Source: Escherichia phage JMPW2. Taken from it: a stretch of DNA of 50,298 nt. A program made the position numbers and the translations under genes. The DNA lies in the sequence record NC_041873.1; one strand, written 5' to 3'. The first letter of the stretch is position 1. The number at the start of each line of letters is the position of its first letter. The notes below the pieces were generated by a model. That model was not told the DNA's origin, searched no databases, and was given only the letters and a program-made list of their open reading frames with translations. This document shows, piece by piece, positions 28,901 through 36,765 of the stretch.

Positions 28901-29418
28901 CTGACTTAACACTTAGCGCGCGGCTTGGGGATAACGAGGCGGCACTTGCTCAAAAATTAGACTCTTGGAGCAATGCCAGTTCTACCGGGGCAATGTACGG
29001 CGTCAAGCTGGGTCTGAAATACAACGGACAGGAATATAGCGCAGGCATGGCTATGTCTCTGATTGGTTCCGGCGCAGCTGTTAAGGCGCAAATTCTATTC
29101 GAGGCGTCGCGATTTGCAATCATGACAGGGATGAACGGTCAGACTCAGTATCCTTTCGTTGTTGAAGGTAATCAGGTGATTCTTAATAGCGCCATTATTA
29201 AGAACGGATTCATCACGAATGCGATGATTGGTAATGTTATTCAATCGAATAACTATGTCGTTAACAAGGCTGGCTGGATACTTGACAAGGGTGGAACATT
29301 AGAAAACTACGGAAGTGACGCTGAGGGTGCAATGAAGCAAACTAATACCACAATATCTGTTAGGGATGCGAGTGGTCGCCTGAGGGTTCAGATTGGCAGG
29401 TTGACTGGTTCATGGTAA
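25999..29418 (+). CDS. host specificity / tail tip protein J-like
   Basis: 1139 aa, last and largest of the lambda-type tail-tip order. Confidence 0.85.
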   Translation: MIQKVISGSKGGSQKPHNPVEMEDNLISINKIKILLAVSDGEIDETFSLKQLMFNSVPVQNEDGSFNFEGVRAEFRPGTQTQEYIKGMEDSSSEVTVNREVTTDNPYTISVTNKTLSAIRIKMFMPRGVRIESNGDKNGVRVEYEVQQAVDGGSFETVLTDVIEGKTMSGYDRSRRVNLPNFNNQVIFRVVRKTPDSNDSNVVDAIQVRSYAEVIDAKFRYPLTGLLFVEFDSKMFPNQLPTISIRKRWKIVSVPSNYDPESRTYNGNWDGTFKKAWTNNPAWVLYDLMINQRYGLDQKELGIAVDKWALYEAAQYCDQMVPDGKGGTEPRYLCDVIIQSQTDAYKVIRDICSIFRGMSFWNGESISVIIDRPREPAYIFTNDNVVNGDFSYTFASEKSMYTTCNVMFDDEQNMYQQDVEPVFDREATLRFGNNVTSITAIGCTRRSEANRRGRWILKTNLRSTTVNFATGLEGMIPTIGDVVAIADNFWSSNLTMNLSGRLLEVSGSQIFLPLRVDARAGDFIIVNKPDGKPVKRTISSVSADGKTIEVNIGFGFPVKPNTVFAIDRTDIALQQYVVTKIDKGDDDEEFTYKITAVEYDPNKYDEIDYGVNIDDRPTSIVEPDQIPRPENVQVSSESRIVQGMSVETMIVSWDKVPYAVFYDVQWRKDNGNWQNVPQTANKEVYVEGIYAGNYQVRVRSVAGSGTTSGWSNIVAATLTGKQGEPGRPINLTATDDVVFGIRTKWGFSDGSGDTAYTELQQSPDGTVDNASLLSLIPYPQHEYYHSPMPGGNIVWYRVRTVDRIGNVSQWTDFVRGMASTNVDDIIGEISVDIENSPGYEWLVDNATDNAAQNAANAEAAIENALANDKDAIYMKKENGKRKAEYTKSLQLIADETQARVTAVEQLRASFGDQISASNSELREVIATETGALSREIDQLRAEIGDDIQASLTDIREAIANETEARTQADLTLSARLGDNEAALAQKLDSWSNASSTGAMYGVKLGLKYNGQEYSAGMAMSLIGSGAAVKAQILFEASRFAIMTGMNGQTQYPFVVEGNQVILNSAIIKNGFITNAMIGNVIQSNNYVVNKAGWILDKGGTLENYGSDAEGAMKQTNTTISVRDASGRLRVQIGRLTGSW

Positions 29419-29424
29419 TATCAA

Positions 29425-29451
29425 GGGCATCGAGAGATGCCCTTTTCTTTT
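29425..29451 (+). terminator. rho-independent terminator
   Basis: gggcatc gaga gatgccc plus T-rich tail. Confidence 0.65.
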
Positions 29452-29463
29452 GGAGGATTTATT

Positions 29464-29769
29464 ATGGCGTACGGTATATCAACTTGGGACGCAAATGGCG
29501 TTTATAATAACTATGGAATTAAGCCTATCACGGTTGTTGGTTGGAACTTTTTGTCAGCAGGACAGAATTCAGCATCGTTCAGCTATCAAGTTCCTCCTGG
29601 TATGCATGTGAATTACGTTATAAGCCTTGACGATGGCGCCATTAGTGGGCCTGGCAGGAAAATTATTGCTAGTGGTAATACGATAACAGTAACGCCAACA
29701 AACTCACCAGGGCCAAACGTGTATCCATCATCAAACTGTTACTTAATAGCATATCTGGAGAATGATTAA
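29464..29769 (+). CDS. hypothetical protein downstream of J (paralog 1)
   Basis: N-terminus MAYGISTWDANG matches MSYGAFIDVNG of next gene. Confidence 0.5.
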   Translation: MAYGISTWDANGVYNNYGIKPITVVGWNFLSAGQNSASFSYQVPPGMHVNYVISLDDGAISGPGRKIIASGNTITVTPTNSPGPNVYPSSNCYLIAYLEND

Positions 29770-30458
29770 TGTCATACGGTGCTTTTATAGATGTAAACGG
29801 AAACCCATTCATAACCCCGTTATCCACGCCATTCGCCTTATATGCGAAAGGGGAAATTCAATCAGTAAAGGTTAGTGGTTCACAGGTTGCGGAGAGATAT
29901 GTTCGGATACCTACAGGTGTTCCGGTTATAGCTTTTTGCAAAACAACAAACACGCAGCAGGGGACCGCGCTTTCAGCCTTTACTTTCAGAAGCGGACCCA
30001 ATGTTGGAACTGTTTATATAAGGGGGACAAATCCAGCAAACCAATCATACACGCTAACATATTACATATTTGCCATATTTGAGCAGTCACTACCGAGCTG
30101 GGGTATGGCAATATGGGATGCGTCAGGAAAGCTAGTGCTGACAAATGAGACAAAAGTCCTTAGTGATTTGGTTACAATCGGCACTCCTGGGTACGCTGGC
30201 GGTGGGCTAAACATAGACGCAACACTCAGCGGAAGCTACGCAGTTGTCCCAACTATACTTGGCAACTATCAAATTGTTATCGGCAGATTGCCAACTGGGC
30301 AACCCATAATAGGAAACTCAACAGCAGGCAGTTCATGCAGATACAACGGGAGCACAACGAGAATAAATGCAGCAGCAACCACTGCGGCAGGTCGGATATT
30401 GAACACCACGAATAATGGAAATATTATAACAGCAATAAAAACGGCAGCATACGACTAA
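29769..30458 (+). CDS. hypothetical protein downstream of J (paralog 2, internal repeat)
   Basis: N-terminal motif recurs internally as WGMAIWDASGKLVL. Confidence 0.5.
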   Translation: MSYGAFIDVNGNPFITPLSTPFALYAKGEIQSVKVSGSQVAERYVRIPTGVPVIAFCKTTNTQQGTALSAFTFRSGPNVGTVYIRGTNPANQSYTLTYYIFAIFEQSLPSWGMAIWDASGKLVLTNETKVLSDLVTIGTPGYAGGGLNIDATLSGSYAVVPTILGNYQIVIGRLPTGQPIIGNSTAGSSCRYNGSTTRINAAATTAAGRILNTTNNGNIITAIKTAAYD

Positions 30459-30480
30459 GCCCCTTTCGGGGCTTTTCTTT
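30459..30480. terminator. terminator between convergent genes
   Basis: gcccc tttc ggggc hairpin with T-rich tail on + strand. Confidence 0.55.
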
Positions 30481-30707
30481 TACATCGAGCAATCGTGAGA
30501 CTTGAAGTTATTCTCTGATACGTAATGGAATGAGAATGGATACCCAGCACGTAACAGCATCTCATCACCGCGCATCTTTGATCCAAAAACGGAAACCGAG
30601 TACTCTGCGTCACCTGATTCATAAATCGCAGTACAAGTGCGCTCAGGCATCGATGAGCAACCAGTCAGGATGAATGCCGCAGCAATAATGGTGATTAATT
30701 TTTTCAT
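30480..30707 (-). CDS. small lipoprotein, Cor/Llp-like superinfection-exclusion candidate
   Basis: Signal peptide MKKLITIIAAAFILTGCSS with lipobox LTGC; sits after tail genes on opposite strand. Confidence 0.5.
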   Translation of the reverse strand: MKKLITIIAAAFILTGCSSMPERTCTAIYESGDAEYSVSVFGSKMRGDEMLLRAGYPFSFHYVSENNFKSHDCSM

Positions 30708-30780
30708 TTGCATGTCCTCGTCGTTAGTGTGATTGCATTGTATGTCGCATTTACTTTTATTGCAATAGCGCAATTACAAT

Positions 30781-31190
30781 TTTTTTTCGTGTAACGGGTG
30801 TCTATTTTTGTAACTGGAGATGGTGTTACAAAATCTACCCAATCCGAACGCAGGTAGATATGATAAAAACTCTATATAATATATATAGATAGATAATATT
30901 TAATTTTAGCTTTATATATATAATTATTGTTGTGTAACAGTTGTCTATCGTGTAACTGGTGATTTGATTGATTCGTCAAATTTCTATCATATATGTTCAA
31001 AATTTAATCAATATGGATTCTACTTGTAGCTATCCCTGTATTTCTAAGAAAAAGCGGTTACAAGTATTACACAGTAGACATCACATAAAAATAGACTTAA
31101 GCCATTGATTCCGTTAATGCTGGTTGTAACTTGAGCGATATAGACACGCTATTACACACCAATTACATGTATCCGATTGACTAAACGCTG
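30781..31190. repeat. AT-rich iteron-like cluster (GTGTAAC / TGTCTAT / GTAACTGG motifs)
   Basis: cGTGTAACgggTGTCTATttttGTAACTGG at ~30790 and GTGTAACagtTGTCTATcGTGTAACTGG at ~30935, with inverted copies near 31050 and 31130 and (TA)n tracts. Confidence 0.6.
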
Positions 31191-31235
31191 TTAATGGCTA
31201 TAATGGATTCATCGTAAACGAGGGAGATAAACGCA

Positions 31236-32350
31236 ATGTTCCAGGTGTTCACATCAAGTCAGCTTTCTAATGACGAGTATCATAGCAACGAAGGTTGGGC
31301 GGCAGAGTATGTAAGCGGTTCTAGCCTTGCAGAAATTTATCAGACTTGCCCGGCTAACTGGAGATTCAAGAAGAATGAGACAACGAAGGCGCTGGAGTTT
31401 GGTACTCAGTCGCATACCAACTTTGAGAGCCGAGATCTGTTTACTGCAACGTATGCACGTTGTCCGGCTCCGTCAGAGTTCAAGGATCTGATTACGTCAC
31501 AAGCCGCACTGGCTGCAAAATTAAAATCTTTCGGCCTGAAAGGTACATCCGGTAAGCAGTACCCGGACCTCATCAAGATGATGGTTGATTGCGGTGAAGA
31601 GCTAAACGTCCAATATCTGATCGAGTTGATTGCGGAAGCAGAGGCGCGCTCTGAAGGAAAGAAATTGGTTGACGCTGACAAATACGACGCTTGCATGAAG
31701 ATGAGAGCAATCCTTGAACAAAATCCTGATCACGAAGCGTGCATCAACAGTGAAACGGCGCAGCGTGAGATTTCAATCTTCGGTGAGATATCCGGCGTCA
31801 AGGTTAAGGTTCGACTTGACCATCTGGACTACAAAGAGAATGTTCCAGGTCGTGTCCTGACTGGTTATGATGAGAATGGAGATCCGGTATTCGAAGATGT
31901 TATTTTCCCTGAAGCACTGATGAGAATGGAGATCCGGTATTCGAAGATGTTATTTTCCCTGAAGCACTGATTATCACTGACTTCAAAACAACAATGAGCG
32001 CCAACCCGTTAGAGTTCCCGAGACTGGCATACAATCACGGGTATTATCTGAAAATGGCCTTGCAGCATGATCTGCTACGACGCGCAATCCAGGCTGGCGC
32101 TTTTGAAGGCAACTTCCCGGAATATATCCCGATCGTAGTTCGATTGCTGGCTCAGGAGAAAAAAGAGCCTTACATCGCACTTGCTTACCGTATGACTATG
32201 GAGCAAATCAGGATCGGTCGTAGCCAGTATGTTAGCGTAGTCCACACTTACAAGGCTTGCTCTGAAATGGATGTTTGGCCTGGGTACGCTGGCGACGCAA
32301 GCGAGATTGAACTTGAAACGCCATCATGGGTGCGTTACCAAAATAAGTAA
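31236..32350 (+). pseudogene. PD-(D/E)XK recombination exonuclease, frameshifted by 50-bp tandem duplication
   Basis: 31871..31920 and 31921..31970 are identical; removing one copy fuses ORFs 31236..31970 and 31994..32350 in frame and restores ...FPEALIITDFKTT... Confidence 0.6.
31871..31970 (+). repeat. perfect 50-bp direct tandem duplication (2 copies)
   Basis: tgagaatggagatccggtattcgaagatgttattttccctgaagcactga repeated exactly. Confidence 0.95.
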
Positions 32351-32424
32351 ACGGCACAAATAGCTAAACAAATAATTAATGAGGTGTTATAATGCACCTC
32401 ATACACCAATCAGGAGAAGTTAAG

Positions 32425-33072
32425 ATGCAATTATCACCAGAAACAAACGAAATTCTTCCCGCACTGTTCAATGCTCGCAACAAATTTGCTAAAGCAAAGA
32501 AGGACGCAAAAAACAATCACCTGAAAAATTCATACGCAACCCTTGATGCAATGATGGCGGCCGTTAGCCCGGCGCTCACCGATAACGATATTATGATCCT
32601 GCAATCAATGCTGGACACCAGCACGGAAACAACCTTCCATCTTGAAACGATGCTGATTCACAAATCCGGGCAATGGGCCAAGTTCTTCATGATGATGCCT
32701 ATTGCAAAGCGCGATCCTCAAGGTGTAGGCTCAGCGATGACGTATGCGCGGCGTTACTCATTAGCCGCAGCGCTGGGGATTAGCCAGAGTGATGACGATG
32801 CTCAGCTTGCAGTGAAATCTGTCAAGGACTGGAAAAAAGAACTTGATGCGTGTGAAGATATCGAATCACTGAAAGAGGTATGGGCTAACGCTTACCGCCA
32901 GACGGACACGGCAAGCAAGTCAATCATTCAGGATCACTACAACGCACTTAAGGCTAAGTTTGAGATCGGTAAAGCTCGTGGTATTCGCCCGGCGCAACCG
33001 GAGCAGAAAAAACAGGTTGAAGCAACGAGCGCGAAGCCTGTACAATCTCAATCAATCACCAACTTCGAATAA
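32425..33072 (+). CDS. erf: Erf-family single-strand annealing protein
   Basis: SAMTYARRYSLAAALGISQSDDDAQ resembles the P22 Erf block SSYARKYCLNGLFGIDDAKDAD; conserved leader upstream. Confidence 0.65.
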   Translation: MQLSPETNEILPALFNARNKFAKAKKDAKNNHLKNSYATLDAMMAAVSPALTDNDIMILQSMLDTSTETTFHLETMLIHKSGQWAKFFMMMPIAKRDPQGVGSAMTYARRYSLAAALGISQSDDDAQLAVKSVKDWKKELDACEDIESLKEVWANAYRQTDTASKSIIQDHYNALKAKFEIGKARGIRPAQPEQKKQVEATSAKPVQSQSITNFE

Positions 33073-33117
33073 TCATCAGGGAGGCTTCGGTCGCCCATAA
33101 ATTTTAGGAGAGAAATA

Positions 33118-33531
33118 ATGCATATTATCACTGGCGAGATCCGCAAAGAACCTAAGATTCTTGAACGTAACGGCGGCAATACTTATATCATCGAACTGGC
33201 AGAAAGCTATAAGCCTCGTGATGGCGATCGTGAATACACCAACTACACATTCTTTTTTAGCGACGGTGGAAAGCCTGGCCTTGCTGATTGGTATCGTGAA
33301 GCGTTTCAGGTGGGTCGGGTAATTTCAGTATCTTGCGAATCTCTGAAGATTTATTCACGCGAGCATAACGGAACGGTTTATAACTCTCTGCAAGCGGCAG
33401 ACTTCCCGAAGTTGGTATTTAGTCAACGAGGGCAAAGCAATCAACAACGAGCACCGCAGCAACAACAGCGAACGCAATCACAGCCACAGCCAAATCCTCA
33501 ATCAACTTTCGATGATGATATCCCGTTCTAA
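33118..33531 (+). CDS. ssb: single-stranded DNA-binding protein
   Basis: Gln/Pro-rich linker ending in the canonical SSB tail DDDIPF. Confidence 0.7.
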   Translation: MHIITGEIRKEPKILERNGGNTYIIELAESYKPRDGDREYTNYTFFFSDGGKPGLADWYREAFQVGRVISVSCESLKIYSREHNGTVYNSLQAADFPKLVFSQRGQSNQQRAPQQQQRTQSQPQPNPQSTFDDDIPF

Positions 33532-33560
33532 CAAAAATCCCCGCAATGCGGGGATTTTAT
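33531..33560. terminator. bidirectional terminator
   Basis: ccccgc aat gcgggg hairpin flanked by A run and T run between convergent genes. Confidence 0.65.
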
Positions 33561-35116
33561 CATTTGGACTTCAACATTTTTATCTCTTCTTGTAACTCTT
33601 CAACTTTCTTTATTGTATCCTGTAAAGCTCTCATAGTGTCAAGCAATAAAGGAGTTGTATCAAGCTCAAGCCTTTCAACTTTTGGCCCGTTTAGCTCGTG
33701 GCTCTCATACACCCTTCTCTTAACATATAGATTGTCGATCTCTTCTATCTCCTGAGCTATAACACCTCTCCTTACCCTTTCTTGCTCATCATCGTTAAAT
33801 ATAAAGTTCCTAAATCTCATTGATTTTATGTTGTTGTATGCAATGCTTGATTCATCATCCTTTATGCCGTGCTTTATATTTCTGTCAGATGCCGGAACCT
33901 GTTGGAAACTTCCAGCCCCTTGCGGTCCAGCGTAAGATATTTGCCCTGAAGCCATAAACCTGAAATGCATTTGCAGACCAATATTGCCTGCTCCATCCCT
34001 ATCTTGAGTGCCTACTGATATTTGTGCCCTGGGCCATTCAGGATTACCCGTAGTCATCATGCCAAATGCTACGCCGCCAACGTATCCCTGACCTCTGGTG
34101 TCACACGATCCAGCAATAAGTGATTGATAGTTTTCAGCACCACTATCAGCGGTGTAAGCATTACCCTGGAAGCATGAAGCAGACCACATCTGGTTGTAAC
34201 CCATAGATGTTTTCTGGCATAAAAACTGATTAGCTCTGAATCTATTGTTAGTCTCGAAGTAGTTTGCCCCCTCATAAAATAATAAAGCCCCAGCATAACC
34301 ATTATCGCTACGTTCTTTTCTGACGTAAATACCTGGCGTAGATATTCCATCAGGTGACATAATCATCAATGATGACAATATGGACTGACTACCCCAGCTA
34401 GAACCGTCCCATGAATTCCTTCCTGCACCTATAGCGCCAGTGGTGTTAATAGTAAGAAAGTTAACAGCATCATTTTCACCTAACCCAATATTTTTTCTTG
34501 ACTCTTTTTTATCCTCAAGACCAGCTAGATTGCCATCCTTAGTTAAAAGATTTTCAGCGTCAACGCTATTTGCTGCGTCCTTTGCTTCCTGCGCACTGAC
34601 TGCTGCTGCATCTTTTGCGCTAACCGCTGCATCGCGTGCAGCGTTGGCTGCGTCACGCGCTAATTCAGCCTGATTTTGCGCAGCTTGAGAATCAGATTTC
34701 GCCTGATTCACATCAGCAACTATTTGCTCAAGTTTATTCATATCAGCAACTATTTGCTCAAGTTTATTCATATCAAGCTGATTTATCAGGTCTATAGCTG
34801 CCGCAATCTCAGTCTCTTTGCTTTGATAGTATCGAAGAGTCTCGGCGACGTTTTGAGCTAATCCGTTAACGGTTAGAGAGTCATTAAGTAGGATCACATA
34901 CTTACCGTCATCGGCAGTCTGACCATCAGTAGAGATAGCCTTTAATTCTGTATCACTAACGATATCGCTAATCACAGCTAGCTTAATTGGTTGCTCAAGG
35001 AACACGATAGTTGCACCTACGCGAATAAGAGCAAGCTGGTCTTTCCATTTTGTATCGGTTCCGTGAACCGTTCCGTCTGCATCCATTGATGCAGTACCGC
35101 GTCGATATAAAGCCAT
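33560..35116 (-). CDS. tail fibre protein with C-terminal intramolecular chaperone-like domain
   Basis: Fibre-like N-terminus MALYRRGTASMDADGTVHGTDTKW; Ala/Gln coiled region; C-terminal coiled-coil ...LQDTIKKVEELQEEIKMLKSK. Confidence 0.7.
   Translation of the reverse strand: MALYRRGTASMDADGTVHGTDTKWKDQLALIRVGATIVFLEQPIKLAVISDIVSDTELKAISTDGQTADDGKYVILLNDSLTVNGLAQNVAETLRYYQSKETEIAAAIDLINQLDMNKLEQIVADMNKLEQIVADVNQAKSDSQAAQNQAELARDAANAARDAAVSAKDAAAVSAQEAKDAANSVDAENLLTKDGNLAGLEDKKESRKNIGLGENDAVNFLTINTTGAIGAGRNSWDGSSWGSQSILSSLMIMSPDGISTPGIYVRKERSDNGYAGALLFYEGANYFETNNRFRANQFLCQKTSMGYNQMWSASCFQGNAYTADSGAENYQSLIAGSCDTRGQGYVGGVAFGMMTTGNPEWPRAQISVGTQDRDGAGNIGLQMHFRFMASGQISYAGPQGAGSFQQVPASDRNIKHGIKDDESSIAYNNIKSMRFRNFIFNDDEQERVRRGVIAQEIEEIDNLYVKRRVYESHELNGPKVERLELDTTPLLLDTMRALQDTIKKVEELQEEIKMLKSK
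34712..34771 (-). repeat. perfect 30-bp in-frame tandem duplication inside tail fibre gene
   Basis: atcagcaactatttgctcaagtttattcat x2, encoding MNKLEQIVAD twice. Confidence 0.95.
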
Positions 35117-35135
35117 AATATAAACTCCTTAAGTA

Positions 35136-35155
35136 AATAGCACGAATTGCTAAAC
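35136..35155 (+). promoter_or_regulatory. palindromic box between primase and tail fibre genes
   Basis: aatagcacgaattgctaaac. Confidence 0.5.
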
Positions 35156-35192
35156 ACAGATTTTATCATCGCGCCATGAGTCTTGCAACGGG

Positions 35193-35218
35193 CAATAAAA
35201 AACCGCCCGAAGGCGGTT
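35193..35218 (-). terminator. rho-independent terminator after primase
   Basis: aaccgcccgaaggcggtt hairpin preceded by A run on + strand. Confidence 0.6.
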
Positions 35219-36152
35219 ATAGTAGATCACTTGCTGAGAATAACTTAGCTTGCATTCCTGAGCGGTATCCTCCCTGATTCGGGATGATTATTTTTAATTG
35301 TCTGTCGTCTGCCATGTATAAAGTTTCTTTATCAGATGGTTCGCACGCCACCCTTACCTCCCGATCTCCCTTGTATCTGTACGCAACCATTTCTAGATTT
35401 TCAGGAGTGAAGCAGGCCCATACCTCTTGCTTTGTGTGAAATGCAATATGCTGAGCATCAATCCAATTAAGGCATAAGTAGATCGCTTTTTCAGTTTTAC
35501 CAGTCACGGCAACCGAGCAACTTGTGTATTTCTTTGCATAAAATGACTCCCTACCCTCCTCATCAATAATCAAAATATTGCAAAACTCTTCATCAATACC
35601 GTCCTCGTGTACAAGTTGACATGGTATGGTGTGAAATACACTCTCGCCGCCATCCTCTCGACGTTTTACGCCAACGTCGAATGATTCAGTAGGTAGCGAC
35701 TCAAACATGCTTAGAGGTGTGTTTATGCGCTTCTCTGTGCGCTCCATAACTTTCATCACTGCCTCGTGTTCTGCCATCATAACGTTGACGCCAGCTACCG
35801 GAGTTCTTCGCGCTTTTTTGTTGGCCTTGACAATGTATTCCTGCGGAACCTTGCCGAGAAATCTTCCCAGGATATTTATACATTCGCTGTACGGCATACC
35901 AGTTAATTTCATCAACCAACCGACTCCAGAGTCGTTACCGCATGAGTTGCAGATCGCACCGCCGTCGCCCGGAGTGTTAAGGTTATCAGTCCAGCGAAAG
36001 CGGTCCTTACCCCCGCAGTTAGGGCAAGGTTGGTGTTTCTTATTAAAAACATCATTCGGCAATCCGCAGATTGATTGGAAAGCCTCGCGCCATAACCCCT
36101 TCATGTACGGCAAAACGTCCTCTTTCTGAAACATCATAAATTCTTCGTTCAC
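35217..36152 (-). CDS. DNA primase (zinc-ribbon type)
   Basis: CPNCGG...CNSCG zinc-binding pairs in N-terminal region; track start is GTG, ATG at 36137 also possible. Confidence 0.55.
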   Translation of the reverse strand: MNEEFMMFQKEDVLPYMKGLWREAFQSICGLPNDVFNKKHQPCPNCGGKDRFRWTDNLNTPGDGGAICNSCGNDSGVGWLMKLTGMPYSECINILGRFLGKVPQEYIVKANKKARRTPVAGVNVMMAEHEAVMKVMERTEKRINTPLSMFESLPTESFDVGVKRREDGGESVFHTIPCQLVHEDGIDEEFCNILIIDEEGRESFYAKKYTSCSVAVTGKTEKAIYLCLNWIDAQHIAFHTKQEVWACFTPENLEMVAYRYKGDREVRVACEPSDKETLYMADDRQLKIIIPNQGGYRSGMQAKLFSASDLL

Positions 36153-36164
36153 TTCCAGATCTCC

Positions 36165-36205
36165 AAAATAAAAAACGCGTAGAAGGATGTTAACCCGCTA
36201 CGCGT
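36165..36205 (-). terminator. rho-independent terminator after HTH gene
   Basis: acgcgtag...ctacgcgt stem with A-rich run on + strand. Confidence 0.5.
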
Positions 36206-36210
36206 CGTTT

Positions 36211-36230
36211 GTTTTAACTAAAAATGCTAT
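36211..36230 (-). promoter_or_regulatory. palindromic box variant
   Basis: gttttaactaaaaatgctat (reverse orientation). Confidence 0.45.
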
Positions 36231-36666
36231 TGGTCGTCCCGATATCTTCCTTCTTCACGACGCGCATAAATTTCTTGTTCTTGCATCGCTTCTCAAGGCA
36301 CTTGCCGTTACCGTCAAACTTCAGGTCGAATCGCAACCATGCGGCACGAAATCCTTTACACCCCTGTCGTCGGTAAGCACGATGCGCAGCTTCAGCACCT
36401 TGCCACGAAATCATGTTGCGTTCTTTCCAGCCTTGCACCGTCTGATTGCTAACCTTTAGAGCTTTTGCGCAGGCCGCAGGGCCACCATAATATTCGATAA
36501 GCGCATCAAGTCGCGCTCGCAATCCGGCGCGTGTTTCTTCTTTATGAATATAGAAGCCGCAGCGCTGTCGAGGCTTTTTATCTTTACCGCGTCGTGTTCC
36601 GTTGTTACCATTGATGTGACGTTTATCGATTTCACCAGTTGACTCTGCGATACGTTGAATACTCAT
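36214..36666 (-). CDS. HTH DNA-binding protein (putative regulator)
   Basis: XRE-like helix-turn-helix AKALKVSNQTVQGWKERN; basic N-terminus. Confidence 0.5.
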   Translation of the reverse strand: MSIQRIAESTGEIDKRHINGNNGTRRGKDKKPRQRCGFYIHKEETRAGLRARLDALIEYYGGPAACAKALKVSNQTVQGWKERNMISWQGAEAAHRAYRRQGCKGFRAAWLRFDLKFDGNGKCLEKRCKNKKFMRVVKKEDIGTTNSIFS

Positions 36667-36677
36667 CTTAATTCTCC

Positions 36678-36734
36678 TATAGCACTTTTTGCTAAAAACG
36701 TTTACTGTATGCCGTGTATTATAGCGTAAACGTT
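36678..36734 (+). promoter_or_regulatory. palindromic box plus stem-loop in divergent region upstream of helicase
   Basis: tatagcactttttgctaaaaac; hairpin aacgtttac...gtaaacgtt with TATTATAG loop. Confidence 0.55.
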
Positions 36735-36765
36735 ACAACGATTCAAAGGATTAATAGACGTGACA

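Noticed and set aside
36187-36459. + strand ORF 36187..36459 overlapping the HTH gene
   Set aside because: Antisense to a gene with a recognisable HTH; contains the reverse-orientation box and terminator, so it is probably non-coding.
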